Positions 41,496-54,100 are shown, numbered from the stretch's first letter. The stretch is 64,000 nt of DNA from Octopus sinensis (GCF_006345805.1 NC_043009.1:68076001-68140000), one strand, 5' to 3'. Notes: generated by a model not told the origin, from the sequence alone. Program-made: numbers and translations.

Positions 41496-43761
41496 CTGTG
41501 CGTGTCTGTGCGTGCGTGTATTTGTGTTTAAACATGCGGCTCTCGTATCACGGAAATTATCTGTGGTTGGTCTTTGCAAAACCTGAATGATAAACGTTAT
41601 TAGAAACGACGAGGATGAAGTTTATGATAATTTTAGTAATAGTGATGATAACGATGATGATGATGAGGAGGAGGGTGAGGAGGCAGAAGGGTAGACAGAG
41701 GAGGATCCTCGTGAAAGTGCGGATTATTCGAATAATAATAATAATAAAGTACCATCTGTTATCTTGGTTTATATATGTTCATAATTTTTTGATTGAAAAT
41801 AAAAATTGTTTTCGTTTTTCTAAAATTCAAATACCAAAGATTTTCAGTGATTTTTAGCCATGAGAATATTTCGAAAAGAGCTTTATTTACTTCTTAAATA
41901 TAAAAATTCAGATAAAAAATGAGCATAAGCAAAATTTAAAGACTGCAATCGAATTTAAACATTCCATAAAAAGAAGAAATAACAAAAACGTGAAGAAAAA
42001 AAACATAAAAAACCGATGACATAAAACTGGAATATTTTGAAAAAATATTTATAAAAAAAAAAAAAAAATAGTAAAGAAACAAAAATCATTTTAAAATACG
42101 ACTAACCACTCGTTGGAATTAACAAAACAGTGTATTTAGGATGGTTAAATCGTGTCCAGTCCAATATCAATTTTAAGTTGAAGAATATAAGTTTGGATTT
42201 GGGATTTTGAGCGGATATAATATAATCTTTGAATTGGAAATATTTGAAAGAATCTTTATCGAGAGAATTCTTTAGTTTTCTGGTAGAGTTTTCAGGTGAT
42301 TGGCCTATGATGATCGTCACGGATATTTGTTTTGCAAATTTCGAACGGAAAGCGCGCACACACGCACACAAACATATATACACACATACACATACACATA
42401 TTGACATAGATACACACGCGCTCGCACACACCACACACACACACCACACACACATATATATATATAGCTACATATATACGCATGCATATACCCATGCACA
42501 TATATACATATGTATGTATGTATTTTTGCCTGTATGTATACCAACCCAAATGATAAATTACAGAAAATTATAAAAATCAGATACACAGCATTTTTCTTTT
42601 TCTCTCTCTATCATTTCTCATTCCACGCTTTATCATCACCATCATCATCACCATCATCACCAACGCCACCACCACCACCACCACCACCACCACCATCATC
42701 ATCCTCATCATTATTATTTCGTTTTTCGTTTTTCTTTCGTAAACATGCCAACATTACTAAAACCCAGTTTATATTTTTTGTTCTTTGTCTCGTTTAGAAG
42801 CAGAAACATTCGTTGGAGAGATTTTTATTTGTTTAAAGGAATTCACGAGAATCTCTAACGCAATCTATCATAAAAAACTAGTCAACATTACAAAAGAAAA
42901 ATTCGATTCGTTTTTATTTACTTTTGTCTTAAGATATTCTAATTTTTTGATGAAAGCAAAAGAAGAAAAAAATCATTAAATTTAAATCCTTTTCTGCTGG
43001 TAGTTAAGATTTGCCAAAATTCATCATTATTTGTTATTGTTTATGTATTTTTAGAAGTAGGATACTATCGATTAAGAACATTAAGGGAGGGCTAAATCGA
43101 TGCTGATTACACATGATCCCGTAGAGACTAAGGATTGTTTACGTGATCACACGATCCGCTAGAAATAAATATGGTAGGACTCCTTTACTCCATAAACCCT
43201 ATCAAACATACCAGTGTTTCTGTTATCGTTAGGTCCTATCTATTTAATCCCATATCTTTGACTTGCGTCTAGGATAAAGCATCCAATGGGTAGTGTTGTC
43301 AAAGAGTTGTATTGGATGGCGCTTGGCGTCTCTTCCGACTCTTTGCCACAAAGCTCAACTTCTCTTTTCACCCATTCACCTTGGACACTGAATTAGCGCG
43401 ACTGCTTATAGCGCCGGACAAAATGCCTGGGTTGTGAGATATATTCTGTCTCATTGTGTTGTGTCAGCTACTCCTACAACAGCACAATACTGGCGTGAAA
43501 CCTGTATCTGAGGCTGCCTTATCTGTGGATAACATGTGTCAGTCTTCCACACAAAAACAGAAAAATAAAAGTAAAGAAATAAAAAAAAAACGCGAGGGTG
43601 ACTGTGATTTAAGAAACTTGCTTCTCAATCACCTGGTTGTGGGCTCAGACCAAAGGCGTGGTACCTTGAATAAGGTGTTTTCTACTATAGCCTCGAGCCG
43701 ACCAAAGCCTTGTGAATGGATTTGATACGGAAAGTGAAAGAAGACCGTAGTGTCCATGATA

Positions 43762-44093
43762 CGTTACGATGGACCCTGTACCACGCCTGCTTGCAACATC
43801 AGTTTTCGCAAAATTTCAGAGTGAAAATTGACGTAATGTTTGCGGTTTTAGACATCAGAGCGGCAGCACCTTATCAGACTTGCATCAAAGGCGTACTGCC
43901 ACATTGTGAATATTCGAGACATCTGAATATCTGAAAGATTCACATCGTAGCAGCAGACATTTGATGCGAGTCTGATGAAGAGCTGCCACTCTAGTGACTA
44001 AAACCGCAAATATTACGTAAATTTCTACTTCGAATTTTTTTTTGCATATAAAGTGTCCTCGCAAGCAGAGGTGGTACAGAAACAATTGTAACG
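43762..44093. mobile_element. Imperfect palindromic (fold-back) MITE-like element of about 330 bp
   Basis: The left half ACGTAATGTTTGCGGTTTTAG...TCAGACTTGCATCAAA... pairs with the right half TTTGATGCGAGTCTGA...CTAAAACCGCAAATATTACGT, and pairing extends outward to CGTTAC/GTAACG with almost no loop. Confidence 0.85.
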
Positions 44094-44309
44094 AAACATT
44101 GAAGATGTATTAACGGGTGCCTTTGTTTTCTTATTATTTGGATTATAAACAACACTCGGCAAGACCAAAACAGCGGTGTGACCGTCGTGAAGCCAGGGTT
44201 TTCTACGCTTGGTGAATTTCGGTGCTGATCTGGAAACCGACAGCGCTGATAATCCAGAATTCAGGTTGAGTGTTTCTCTAGAAAAACTCTGCCTTTATTC
44301 CCTACTAGG

Positions 44310-44362
<53 letters not shown>

Positions 44363-44377
44363 TTATTCTCTTATTCT

Positions 44378-44600
44378 TTCACTTGTTTCAGTCATTTGAC
44401 TGCGGCCATTCTGCAGCACCGCCATTAGTCGAGCAAATCGACCCCAGGACTTATTGTTTGTAAGCCTAGTGCTGATTCTATCGTTCTCTATTGCCGAACC
44501 GCTAAGTTACGGATACGTAAACACACCACCATCGGTTGTTAAGCGATGTTGGGGGTGGACAAACACACACACACACACACATACGTGTGCCGCTGTGTGT
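44378..44600 (-). mobile_element. 3' half of OR-like SINE
   Basis: CTTGTTTCAGTCATTTGACTGCGGCC...CCGCTAAGTTACGG...GTTGGGGG. Confidence 0.75.
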
Positions 44601-45026
44601 GTGCCTGTGTATGTGTGTGTACCTGTGTATACCTGTGTGTAAAATACCGCTAAGCATTGAGTCCAGCGTGCTAATGACTCTGCCAACATGTAAACTCGTT
44701 GGCAAGCCGGACGAAAGGCTTAGAGGTTAGGACATTCGGCAAAAGATCTTAGGGTCATGAGCTTGATAAACATTCGACTTGTTGTGTCTAAGAAAGAATA
44801 TTAGAGTGATAGATATTTCCTTCGATTTTACTACCCGTCTACTCGTTTATCGACTATATAAGTTGAACATTGACTGCGAAGAGTAAAACACATTCCAGAC
44901 ATTTTTAAACTTTGAAAATTAGGCTTTGAAATTCGATAAAGGAATTTCGATTGATGTTTAGAGATAGAGACAGGCTTTGTTTTGCCGAATTGAAAGACAC
45001 CAATACATACATCAAAGCATGGTCAC

Positions 45027-45060
<34 letters not shown>

Positions 45061-45161
45061 GCACGCATACTCATACACTTACATGCCAACTACACGTACT
45101 CACTTTCTTTTGCCCTCCTCCTCCCGCTCTCACTCTGAATATATATATATACATTATATAT

Positions 45162-45223
<62 letters not shown>

Positions 45224-46104
45224 ATATATTATATATACATATATAAAGTTAATCCAAACAAGAGGGGGAAGTGAAGGGATGGAAGATATATGAAAGAAAG
45301 CAAGAGAAAAGAAACGTGTATGAGAGAACGGGTTTCAGGCTACACATGCAACTAAGTGTATATATATGTATGGGTATTCATATGTGAATATTTGCATACT
45401 TCCTGATTTGCTTGTAAATCTATGTCTGTATTTGTGCGCATTTGTGAATGTGGAAGCGTTCGAGTTGCGTGTCTCTGTACGAAGGAGATGAGCATCGCGC
45501 ACAGAAACAAATTATGCGTTGATAAATAGATCTCATTAACCAATTATACTTTCATTTTCTCTATGGTTTCATCGAGTAAAATATACAAATATATACACAC
45601 ACACATATATATATATATGACCGCGCACGATCGTGTGTGCGTGTTTGTATGTATACACACATACACACACATATCTATATAAATAATGGCTATTTTAATT
45701 TCGTAAGTCATTTCAGAAAACCAGCTATGTTAACTGAATATGTATTAACTCGACTCCAGCAGTCGTCTATGCATACCAGCCCCTCCTCTCCACGCCACCG
45801 ATGTTATCCAAGGGAAAAGCAAAGGGGCCGATACAGCTTGGCACCTGTGACGTCGCAACTCATTCCTACAGCTGAATGAACTGGAGCAACGTGAAATAAA
45901 GTGTCTTGCTCAAGAACGCAACACACAGTCCGGGAATCGAACTCACAAACTCACGATCGTAAGCTCGACGTTCTAACCACTGAGCCATGCGCCTTCACTG
46001 AATATATATTATACCTTACCTATTATATATTATATACACCAGTTTGGGTGTTTATGATATACGATGGAAAATAATGCGCAACGTGAACGTGCATTGTTTA
46101 TGGC

Positions 46105-46401
46105 TTGCATTTGTCTCAGTCATATTGAACTGCGGTGATGAAGGGTTCAGTCGAACAAATCGACCTCAGCAACTGATTGGTTTTAAAGTGTATCAAGGTC
46201 TTTGGGCGAACAGAGAAGTTATGTAGACGTAAAGAAACCAACACCGGTTGCCAATTGGTGATGGGCCACAAACACAAACACACACACACACACACACATA
46301 CATACATGCATACATACGTACATTTGTATGTATATACGTATGCATCTATCTTTCTCCCTCTTTCTTCCCTTCTCTCCCTCACTCTAACTATCTATCCATC
46401 C

Positions 46402-46447
<46 letters not shown>

Positions 46448-46484
46448 ATATCTATCACTCTCTCTCTCTCTCTCTCTATCTATC

Positions 46485-46524
<40 letters not shown>

Positions 46525-46525
46525 A

Positions 46526-46566
<41 letters not shown>

Positions 46567-46680
46567 CTTCAGTTTCCGTCTACAAAATCCACTCAGGTGG
46601 CTTTTAGTCGGCCCGGGGCTATAGCAGAAGACTCCTGCCTAAATTGCCACGCAGTGAGACTGCATCCAGAGTCTTGTAGT
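46105..46680 (-). mobile_element. OR-like SINE with expanded internal compound microsatellite
   Basis: A 3' block at 46105-46270 and a head-proximal block at 46565-46680 flank (CA)n/(TCTA)n/(TC)n/(TA)n. Confidence 0.65.
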
Positions 46681-46784
46681 TCGATCGTTATTCGGAGTTT
46701 AATCCTACTTCACATGGAAATGTACATTGTTTTTTTTTTTTCCGTTGTGAACTGATTTCATGTACACACACGCACACACACACA

Positions 46785-46865
<81 letters not shown>

Positions 46866-47493
46866 AGACACACACACACACGTACATACATACACACCCA
46901 TATATAAACACACAACGAAAACTCTAATTGGTGTTGGGTGCAAATAGCTAATGAAGATAAATTCTATAAAAAGTTTCTCAGGCAGAAACAGTTTGGGACT
47001 TGTACACTTCGTCTTCATTAGGTATATCTATATATGATGTGCATAATTTTTTTTATTCACTCCACCACACCACCACCACACACAGATATGTGTGTGTGTG
47101 CGTGTGTGCATGTGTAAATGTGCATGTGAGTGTGTGTGTGTATTTGTGCTTCTGTGTGTTTGCGGTAAAAATCTGGAGTTCGTAAATTCTGGTGATGGTG
47201 TTCTTTTATGGCTGCAGAATTGAAACAATAAAAGAATTCGTAGCGGAGTTTATTGAATTCGTTTTCTGTTCGTGGTCTGTGAAAGTATCTTTAAAAACAA
47301 AAACAAAAGACGGCAATGTCTTTGCCGCAAAATTGCAAATGAGCAAAAAAAAACTAAGAAAAAAATGATTGATGATGTGATGGAGGTACTAATGACGACA
47401 TCATGGATGGTGTGTGTATTTGGGAGTTAGTGTGAATGAGGTGAGTATCACAGGTAAAGTGTGGAGTACACGGTGTGAATTGTATGGAAGATT

Positions 47494-47530
<37 letters not shown>

Positions 47531-47583
47531 GTGGGTGGTGAGTTGTGCGCACTGTGGGAGATGGTGAGTGTCGTGTGAGAGCA

Positions 47584-47794
47584 GCAGAATAAAGTAAGTA
47601 AACCCCGAAGGAGAGATCGCCAAAGTGTCTAGCGAGATCCACGTCATTAAAACCGGTGAGATGTGGAAAGCTGCAGAATAAGGTAAGAAAATTTTGAAGG
47701 AGAGATCATCAAAGTTCGTAACAAGATCCAGGTCATTAAAACAGATGAGATGTTGAGAGCTGTTCAAAGCGGTAGAATGTGAAAGCAGAATAAG
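47584..47794. repeat. 89-bp tandem repeat, about 2.3 copies
   Basis: GCAGAATA recurs at 47584 and 47673 (period 89) with GAAGGAGAGATC and GATCCA.GTCATTAAAAC conserved. A partial third copy starts at 47785. Confidence 0.8.
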
Positions 47795-47949
47795 AAGAAA
47801 CAAAATGATCAGTAAAAGTTATGTATGAAGAAAATGCGTAAAGAAATAGTGCATGTGATACAAGGAGAGGATATGCGATGAGCTATCAGAGAACTGTGTT
47901 CAGTAAGATGTAATTAGCAAGCAAAGAGTAGTTATGAACCAGTAAAGAA

Positions 47950-48400
47950 TGTGAAAAATTAAGATTCCGCTGTCTGTAAGTATTGTTCAGAATTAGAAAG
48001 ACAAAAATTCCCGACAAGAATGGACAGAAATATTTAGCAGTTTGTAATGAGGGATAACAAGAAAGTAGTGAGAAGTTTAATTAATACAAATAGAATGGTA
48101 AACAGACGCACAAAAGATGAGGGGTGCAAAACGGGACATAGACATAGTGAACAGTCATAGGCAGAATGTAAGAGCACACCTGCACGTACCACATACAGCT
48201 AAGCGGTATGCGTAAATAGAATGCCTGTTGGAGTACGTACATTCACACACACGTAAATACATTATCAAAGATTCTCAGTTTTAGCGCTTGCTTTTAGTAG
48301 GATCCGGGATTTTAAAGATTCTGTTTGGGTAGCGAGGGTTAATACTTATGTGGTTTTCTTCTTAGGTTTTATCTACTATTATGGTTTTGAACGTACAATC
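47950..48400 (-). mobile_element. Decayed LINE apurinic-endonuclease remnant (tentative)
   Basis: Minus-strand fragments CSYI, FCASVYHS and LVGNFCLSNSEQYL resemble CAYI, FICSVYRSP and LGDFNVHN.EWL. Confidence 0.4.
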
Positions 48401-48499
48401 TGAGCGTAACTCAGGAATGTGTTATACTGAGGCTGGTTGTTGTTATACAGTTTAGACCTGAGTCAACGAAGGTGCTAAGATTTTTGAAGATACATCCAA

Positions 48500-48871
48500 T
48501 ACGAAGTCTGGTCAATAAGGATCTGGCCATAGTAACGAAGCTATAGCACGCAGTGTGGCGTTGCTTGACTCATATTGCCCTTGAACACTACTGTACATGC
48601 GCACTGAGTTTTAACGTTTTAACTTTGCGTAGGCCTCTGAGCAGGTATCGCCGTGACAACTTTCTCTGTCATGGTCAATGTGACGATCACACACTACACA
48701 CCTTCCTTCCAAGCACTGCGGTAACCAGCGAAAGTGAGATAGAACGTTAAAACTTAGTGCGCACGCACAAAAGTGTTCAAAGTTACTTTGTGCGAATCGG
48801 TTTCACTCATCGTGCTTTATAGTTCGTTACTATAGCAACAGTCCTGGTACTTATTGATCGGACCACGTGTA
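48500..48871. mobile_element. Mariner-derived MITE (same family as 30676-31550)
   Basis: TA-flanked imperfect TIRs (TACGAAGTCTGGTCAATAAG / CTTATTGATCGGACCACGTGTA). The interior shares GAGCAGGTATCGCC.TGACAACTTTCTCTGTC with 31310-31340. Confidence 0.8.
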
Positions 48872-49419
48872 AGCTCGTTATAGAATGATACAGCCAGCCT
48901 GACTCTTTATAATACTGTATATATATATATATAGATAGATATATTACGGAGATGCACTTGCATAGCGAGTGACTTGATCTGAGATCGTGTGCTGGAACGA
49001 AAACAATTGCAGCGTAGAAGGTGTTTATAAGCCATTTAAGAAACACACAAAAACCGTTAAATTCACTTCAACATTTAAATTTAATTTGTCAAAATAGTTT
49101 CGTCGCTTTGAGACCGCGACCTGTTCACTGACAAAACTCCGTGCTGCATCTATATATATATGACGAGGAAAACTTCTTGCAAAGTACATCAGGTTTATAG
49201 GAAAAGGAAATCACCAATAGCTGTGTCGCCTTTAAAACACCGTGCAATCATCAATTGAACCAAGGGTAGCTGAGGTTCAATCCCAGTAACTTCTTGTAAA
49301 TGATTAGAGTCCTCAATGAATGTGTATGAGTTCAAAACAAGGATTATCCGTTTTGTTGTAGCGTTTGCTGAGATCTAAGGCTACAGAGGGATATTTTTGA
49401 AAAGTTGTAGGATAAACAT

Positions 49420-49605
49420 TATATACATTATTTACATTTGACGGATATTTGTTCTCATATTTTTGTTGTTTACACAACGTTTCGGCTGATGTACCGTCCA
49501 GCCTTCATCAGGTGTCTTGGGGAAATTTCGAACGTGGGTTCTCATTCCTAACATAGTCTTACTAACCCCAAGATTCCGAGTTCGATTCCAGACAGTGACC
49601 TGAAT

Positions 49606-49639
<34 letters not shown>

Positions 49640-49775
49640 GCAACAGCAGCAGCAGCATCGAAAATACCTTAGGAATGAGAACCCAGGTTCGAAACAAGAT
49701 TAGGACAAATATCCGTCAAATGTAAATAATGTAAATAATGTACATAATTCCCCATCTCTTAAATACAGAACTGTA
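49420..49775 (-). mobile_element. Short Penelope-like copy with inverted termini and an intact hammerhead core
   Basis: Same terminal sequence as the 33.3-kb and 60.4-kb copies, rearranged, and containing a tRNA B-box fragment and (AAC)n. Confidence 0.8.
49472..49516 (-). ncRNA. Minimal type I hammerhead ribozyme motif, intact core
   Basis: Minus strand: GACAC-CTGATGA-A-GGCTG-gacggtacat-CAGCC-GAAA-C-GTT-GTGT, giving a 4-bp helix I, a 5-bp helix II and a loopless palindromic helix III. Confidence 0.75.
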
Positions 49776-50229
49776 TTGTCGAAGGATAAAGATCAACATC
49801 GTGAAACTGGATGAAGCCAGAAACACATTTTTTGTTATTAATATTTTAAAACCAGCTTATTACGGTGCTTATCTCATCTTATTTCTTCCTAATTTTATAT
49901 TTCAATTTTTCTGAAAATGTTTTGCTGATTTGTCTTATATTTCTAATTTACTTGGATATACTGATCTACGTTGGGGATTAATGTCAACAGTCTCCTTGCA
50001 TTTTTTATACGTGAGACTGGGAAGACAAATTGATTTATTGTCTAATTTTAATTTCTGAGTTCCATTTTCGTTTTTGCTTCGATGCTTGTCTATCTATAAC
50101 TGTGATCGATTTTCTAATTTATGATAGTCGCTGTTTATATAATATGTTTGACTTCACACAGATTAATAATTCTTACACAGAAAATAATTTCATTATTTGA
50201 TTATTTAGAATTTTTCATATAGGAACTAA

Positions 50230-50557
50230 GTTTTCCTGAAAGGTAATAATGTTCATGGGGGGAGATAATGTTGATACTTATACCTTGGAATTTGGTTCGG
50301 TTCTGAAAGATGCTGCATCCTTAATCTTCCTGGTGACATTTTCGTATCTTCAGCGTCCATAGCATCTTGAAAGGAAGACCTCCAGCATGGCGCTCAGCTA
50401 TTTCTTCCAATTTCTCCTGTAGATGTTTCGCGTTGTACTTATTCATTGGAGTAGAGATGTACATTGCTAAATTGTCAATGTTATAAGGATCCAAAATTTG
50501 GAACTTCAGTTCTTGTTCATTGAATACATGATACAATATGGCTCTGAAATACGGCAT
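50230..50557 (-). pseudogene. Decayed ORF of unknown family (MPYFRAILYHVFNEQELKFQILDPY...CHQED*GCSIFQNRTKFQGISINIISP...)
   Basis: 78 non-repetitive codons start at gtaaaATG. The same frame continues with protein-like sequence after one TAA, then an apparent +1 frameshift. I recognise no motif. Confidence 0.4.
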
Positions 50558-51559
50558 TTTACTCTCCGGGAAAGTACTGTTATATAAAAGAATTTACATA
50601 AAAATACTCGGAATACAAACAAAGAACTGTCTTCGTTGGCAGAATCCTCGTCACATTAGAACATGATAAGCATAGTGTCATTCTGAATTGAAACTTCAAT
50701 TTCCCGCTGCAGCTGAACACATTTATTTTCTTACAAATTTACACTAATTGTGGAGTCGACAGATCGAAGTCGAGCGATCAGGAATTTCTGTGTTTGATTA
50801 CTTTTTATCAATGGGAATAGAAGCCGGGAGCTGAAGGAATTGAACACAAACAAGGCAAAGTATTTTGCCGATTCCAGTACCTGCTAATCACCTTTTGATA
50901 TATAATTTTATTCTTAACTTTGCTAGAAACGATGGAGACAAGAACAGACTCGTCATAATCTTATCGTTCGTTGCTTCATTTGTTCAGGGGTTGTTTCCCT
51001 GACATTATCGTGATTCGGACTTTGAGAAGAAAAGATGTTAAAATACAGTTAGAAGTATTGCTAAAGGTATAAGAGAACCGAGTTCCCGTGGAGGGGATTG
51101 CTGGATCAAATAGCAGTGAGGATGGGAAGAGAGCAAGAAAGCTGAATCCACGTAATAAAATCAATAATGGTAAAATAGTTATTGAAAATAAATCAATAAA
51201 TCAAATTGAATAGTCACGAAAATGCTTAGTAAGTTTTCAGTTCATTGAAAAAAGTGATATTGTCTTTAGTGTTTGTGATGGAATAGTCAGGATAGGGTTT
51301 GTAGAGTCAGATACAAATTGATGGTCTGCGGAAATGGATGCATTAAATAAATGTTGAATGAGAATAAGGAGAAATCAATGTTGAATTGAATTTTTGAAAA
51401 TGTATGTTCCTGATTGCTCGACTTAGATTTGTCGACTCCACAATTAGTCAAAATTTGTAGATATTTACTGATATTTTTGAAGAAAATAAATGTGTTCAGA
51501 TTCAGCGGAAAATTGAGGTTTGTTTCCAGAATGAGGCTATTTTCACAGGTGCAAATTTT

Positions 51560-52200
51560 GCATTTGTTTGTCATCTGGCGGCTACCATTCAACCGGTGCT
51601 AAGCGCTATCTACAGTTTGACCAAGTCGTGTTCTGTTCAGCGTATCTGAATAACGAAATATTAATGAAGTAGCGTCATTGAATCAACCTTTTGCCATTCC
51701 TATGTATTTTCTAATGTTACGTTTTGGTAGAAATGGCTTCAATATTACACGAATCTAGAGCGGAAATTCATTGACGTTTCTGCGCATGCACATTGCCGCA
51801 AGCAGATATTTGCCATGCGAATAGTAATATTTTTCATATTAGGAGTATAGACAGCTGACTTTTAAGTAGTTCTTATTAAAGAATTTCATGTGGCGACAGT
51901 GAATTGATAAATTTTGTTGCCAGGCTGGAGAATGTTTAATGCTGTTCAACAAAAATGAATGTGTACCAGATGGCGTCTCGGGGTCCGACACTTGTGGGAG
52001 ATAGGTCAGGGTTAAGTATGCGTGAAATTTTGTTCCAGAATACGCTATTATTAAAGGTTTGCATATCTGAGGACAGTCGGAGAGTATTTTACTTATGTTT
52101 CTAAATAGGTTATTAAAGATTAAAGATGGGTGGCAAATATCAAAATGGGTTTGATACTAGCTTAAAGTGTATGGTTTATATTTGTTTGTATAAATTGAGA
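51560..52200 (-). mobile_element. Decayed Penelope-like element (RT C-terminus and GIY-YIG)
   Basis: Minus strand FFNKNYLKVS..TPNMKNI (compare IFN.NT.KVSYSC.PNM) followed by KYIGMAKG*F...RYF...FRY (the YIG motif). Confidence 0.65.
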
Positions 52201-52963
52201 CAGCGCGCAGGAAATTCACTTCCTAGACGTCATTCACAACGATCTTTCTTTTACATCATCCAATATCTCATTCATGGTTTTCTTTCTTTTTTTTTTTGTA
52301 TTTTTTTACCCTTCAGTGTGACTTTAAATATTACTACTTCTATCAGTCCGAGCGGCTGCGTAGACATTCTTTCGTTGTCTGCTAGCAATAATTATTTGGG
52401 GAAATAGGGTCGTCGAATAACTGAGTTTCTGTGTCTGATTACTATTTACCGACGGGAATAGAAGCCAGGAGCTGGAAAAATTTAATACAAACAAGGCAAA
52501 GTATTTTGCCCATCATTTTACCGATTCCAATACCTGCTGATCACCTTTTTATATATAATTTTATTTTAAACTTTTCCAGAAACGATGGAGACAAGAACAG
52601 ACCAGTAATCTGTTAGCAATTAATCTCTTGCTTTCGGGAGGCAGAGATGTAACTTCAATTTCAACAGATTAAAGTTAATGGGTAGAAATGTTTGCTAGGT
52701 TATTTCTCCGCCTCAAAATTGATATTGCTGAACTATTAACAGACTCTAATTCATCTCTTATTTAAATACAAGATTTACGTTTTATGGCACAGACGATAAG
52801 ATTTGATCTATCATGTGGCTCGTATTTATTCTAACAAATCCGGTTACAAAGAAATAATCTAAAACTTTTGAAAAATTCTCACAATTTCTAAAAAGGGAAA
52901 CCAAAAATTGAACAAGGAAAAACACTACTACAATATGACAAATCCTCAACTGTTTGTTTGAAA

Positions 52964-53456
52964 CAGTGATTCACAACCGGGGTCTGTATGGCCTTTGGGG
53001 TCCACATAAGATTTTGCTATTGAATTTTTTGTGCAATAATTCTACAGTACACAAGAAAATATTTTAACAATATTTTTATACATTTTCTAATATTTAATTA
53101 TAAAAATATGTGATAGCCGATAGGCTATGAGGGTCCAGCCGAGTAAAACGGATTAAAAGGGGCACATAAGTAAAAACTGGAGGCGCGTGGCATAGTGGTT
53201 AGGGTGTTGAACTCATGATCGTAAGATTGTGGTTTCGATTCCTGGACCGGTCGATGCGTTGTGTTCTTGAGCAAAAAACACTTTCTTTTACGTTGCTCAG
53301 CTGGTAAAAATGAGTAATCCTGCGACGGATCGGCGTCCCGTCAAGGTGGGAAATTCCTACGCCACTGAAACCGGGAAACCGGCCCTTATGAGCCTGGCAT
53401 GGCTTGAGAAGGAACATTTATTTATTTAATAAGTAAAAACTGGTTGGGAACCACTG
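52964..53456. mobile_element. hAT-type MITE with a nested SINE
   Basis: TIRs CAGTGATTCACAACC / GGTTGGGAACCACTG. No clear 8-bp TSD. Confidence 0.7.
53181..53428 (+). mobile_element. tRNA/CORE SINE inserted into the MITE, 15-bp TSD
   Basis: TSD ATAAGTAAAAACTGG at 53166-53180 and 53429-53443, A and B boxes, (TTTA)n tail. Confidence 0.9.
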
Positions 53457-53547
53457 ATCTAAACTCTCCAAAATCTGTATTAAATAATAACAAGGTTTTG
53501 AAACCAGAACCGACCAGTAATATTTGTTTACTATTTCTTCCTTTTAG

Positions 53548-53771
53548 GACTTCTCAATGAATTTTATCATCACACAAAAATGGAATGATCCCAGGTTAAA
53601 ATTTTCCACGGGTACAGATGAAAATCTGGAACTGGATACAAAATTTATGGATAGAATCTGGGTACCGGATTTATATTTTGCCAATGAAAAGGAAGCAAAC
53701 TTCCACAATATCACTGTACCAAACCGTATGATGCATCTTCATTCTGATGGCACTGTTCGATACAGAGTAAG
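53548..53771 (+). CDS. Internal 224-nt exon of the same Cys-loop channel: DFSMNFIITQKWNDPRLKFSTGTDENLELDTKFMDRIWVPDLYFANEKEANFHNITVPNRMMHLHSDGTVRYRV(R) (loops D, A, E)
   Basis: Acceptor ttcttccttttag ends at 53547 and donor AG|gtaaga starts at 53772. Hallmark motifs WNDPRL, IWVPDLYFANEK and FHNITVPN are present. It aligns without gaps to GlyR alpha1 residues 57-131 and is 224 nt, like GlyR exon 4. Confidence 0.97.
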
Positions 53772-53879
53772 GTAAGAATTAGCAATTACACAATATCGCA
53801 AAAACAAAAAAAAACATATCTCGTAGATACCTAAAAGATGTTTTTTTCACTGGTGAATTTATAATATTTAATCAATATC

Positions 53880-53884
53880 TATCC

Positions 53885-53952
<68 letters not shown>

Positions 53953-53969
53953 GTCTATCTATCCATCAG

Positions 53970-54048
<79 letters not shown>

Positions 54049-54100
54049 GTCTCTCTCTCTCTCTCTCCCTCTCTCTCTGTCTATCTATCTGTCTGTCTAG
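53880..54100. repeat. (TATC)n/(TC)n microsatellite about 110 nt downstream of the 224-nt exon
   Basis: Seen directly. Confidence 0.95.

Noticed and set aside
47436-47690. Cluster of donor-like motifs (GTGAGT x3, GTAAGT, GTAAGA)
   Set aside because: There is no paired acceptor or open exon. The cluster is explained by TG/GA-rich sequence, the 89-bp repeat and a probable antisense LINE remnant.
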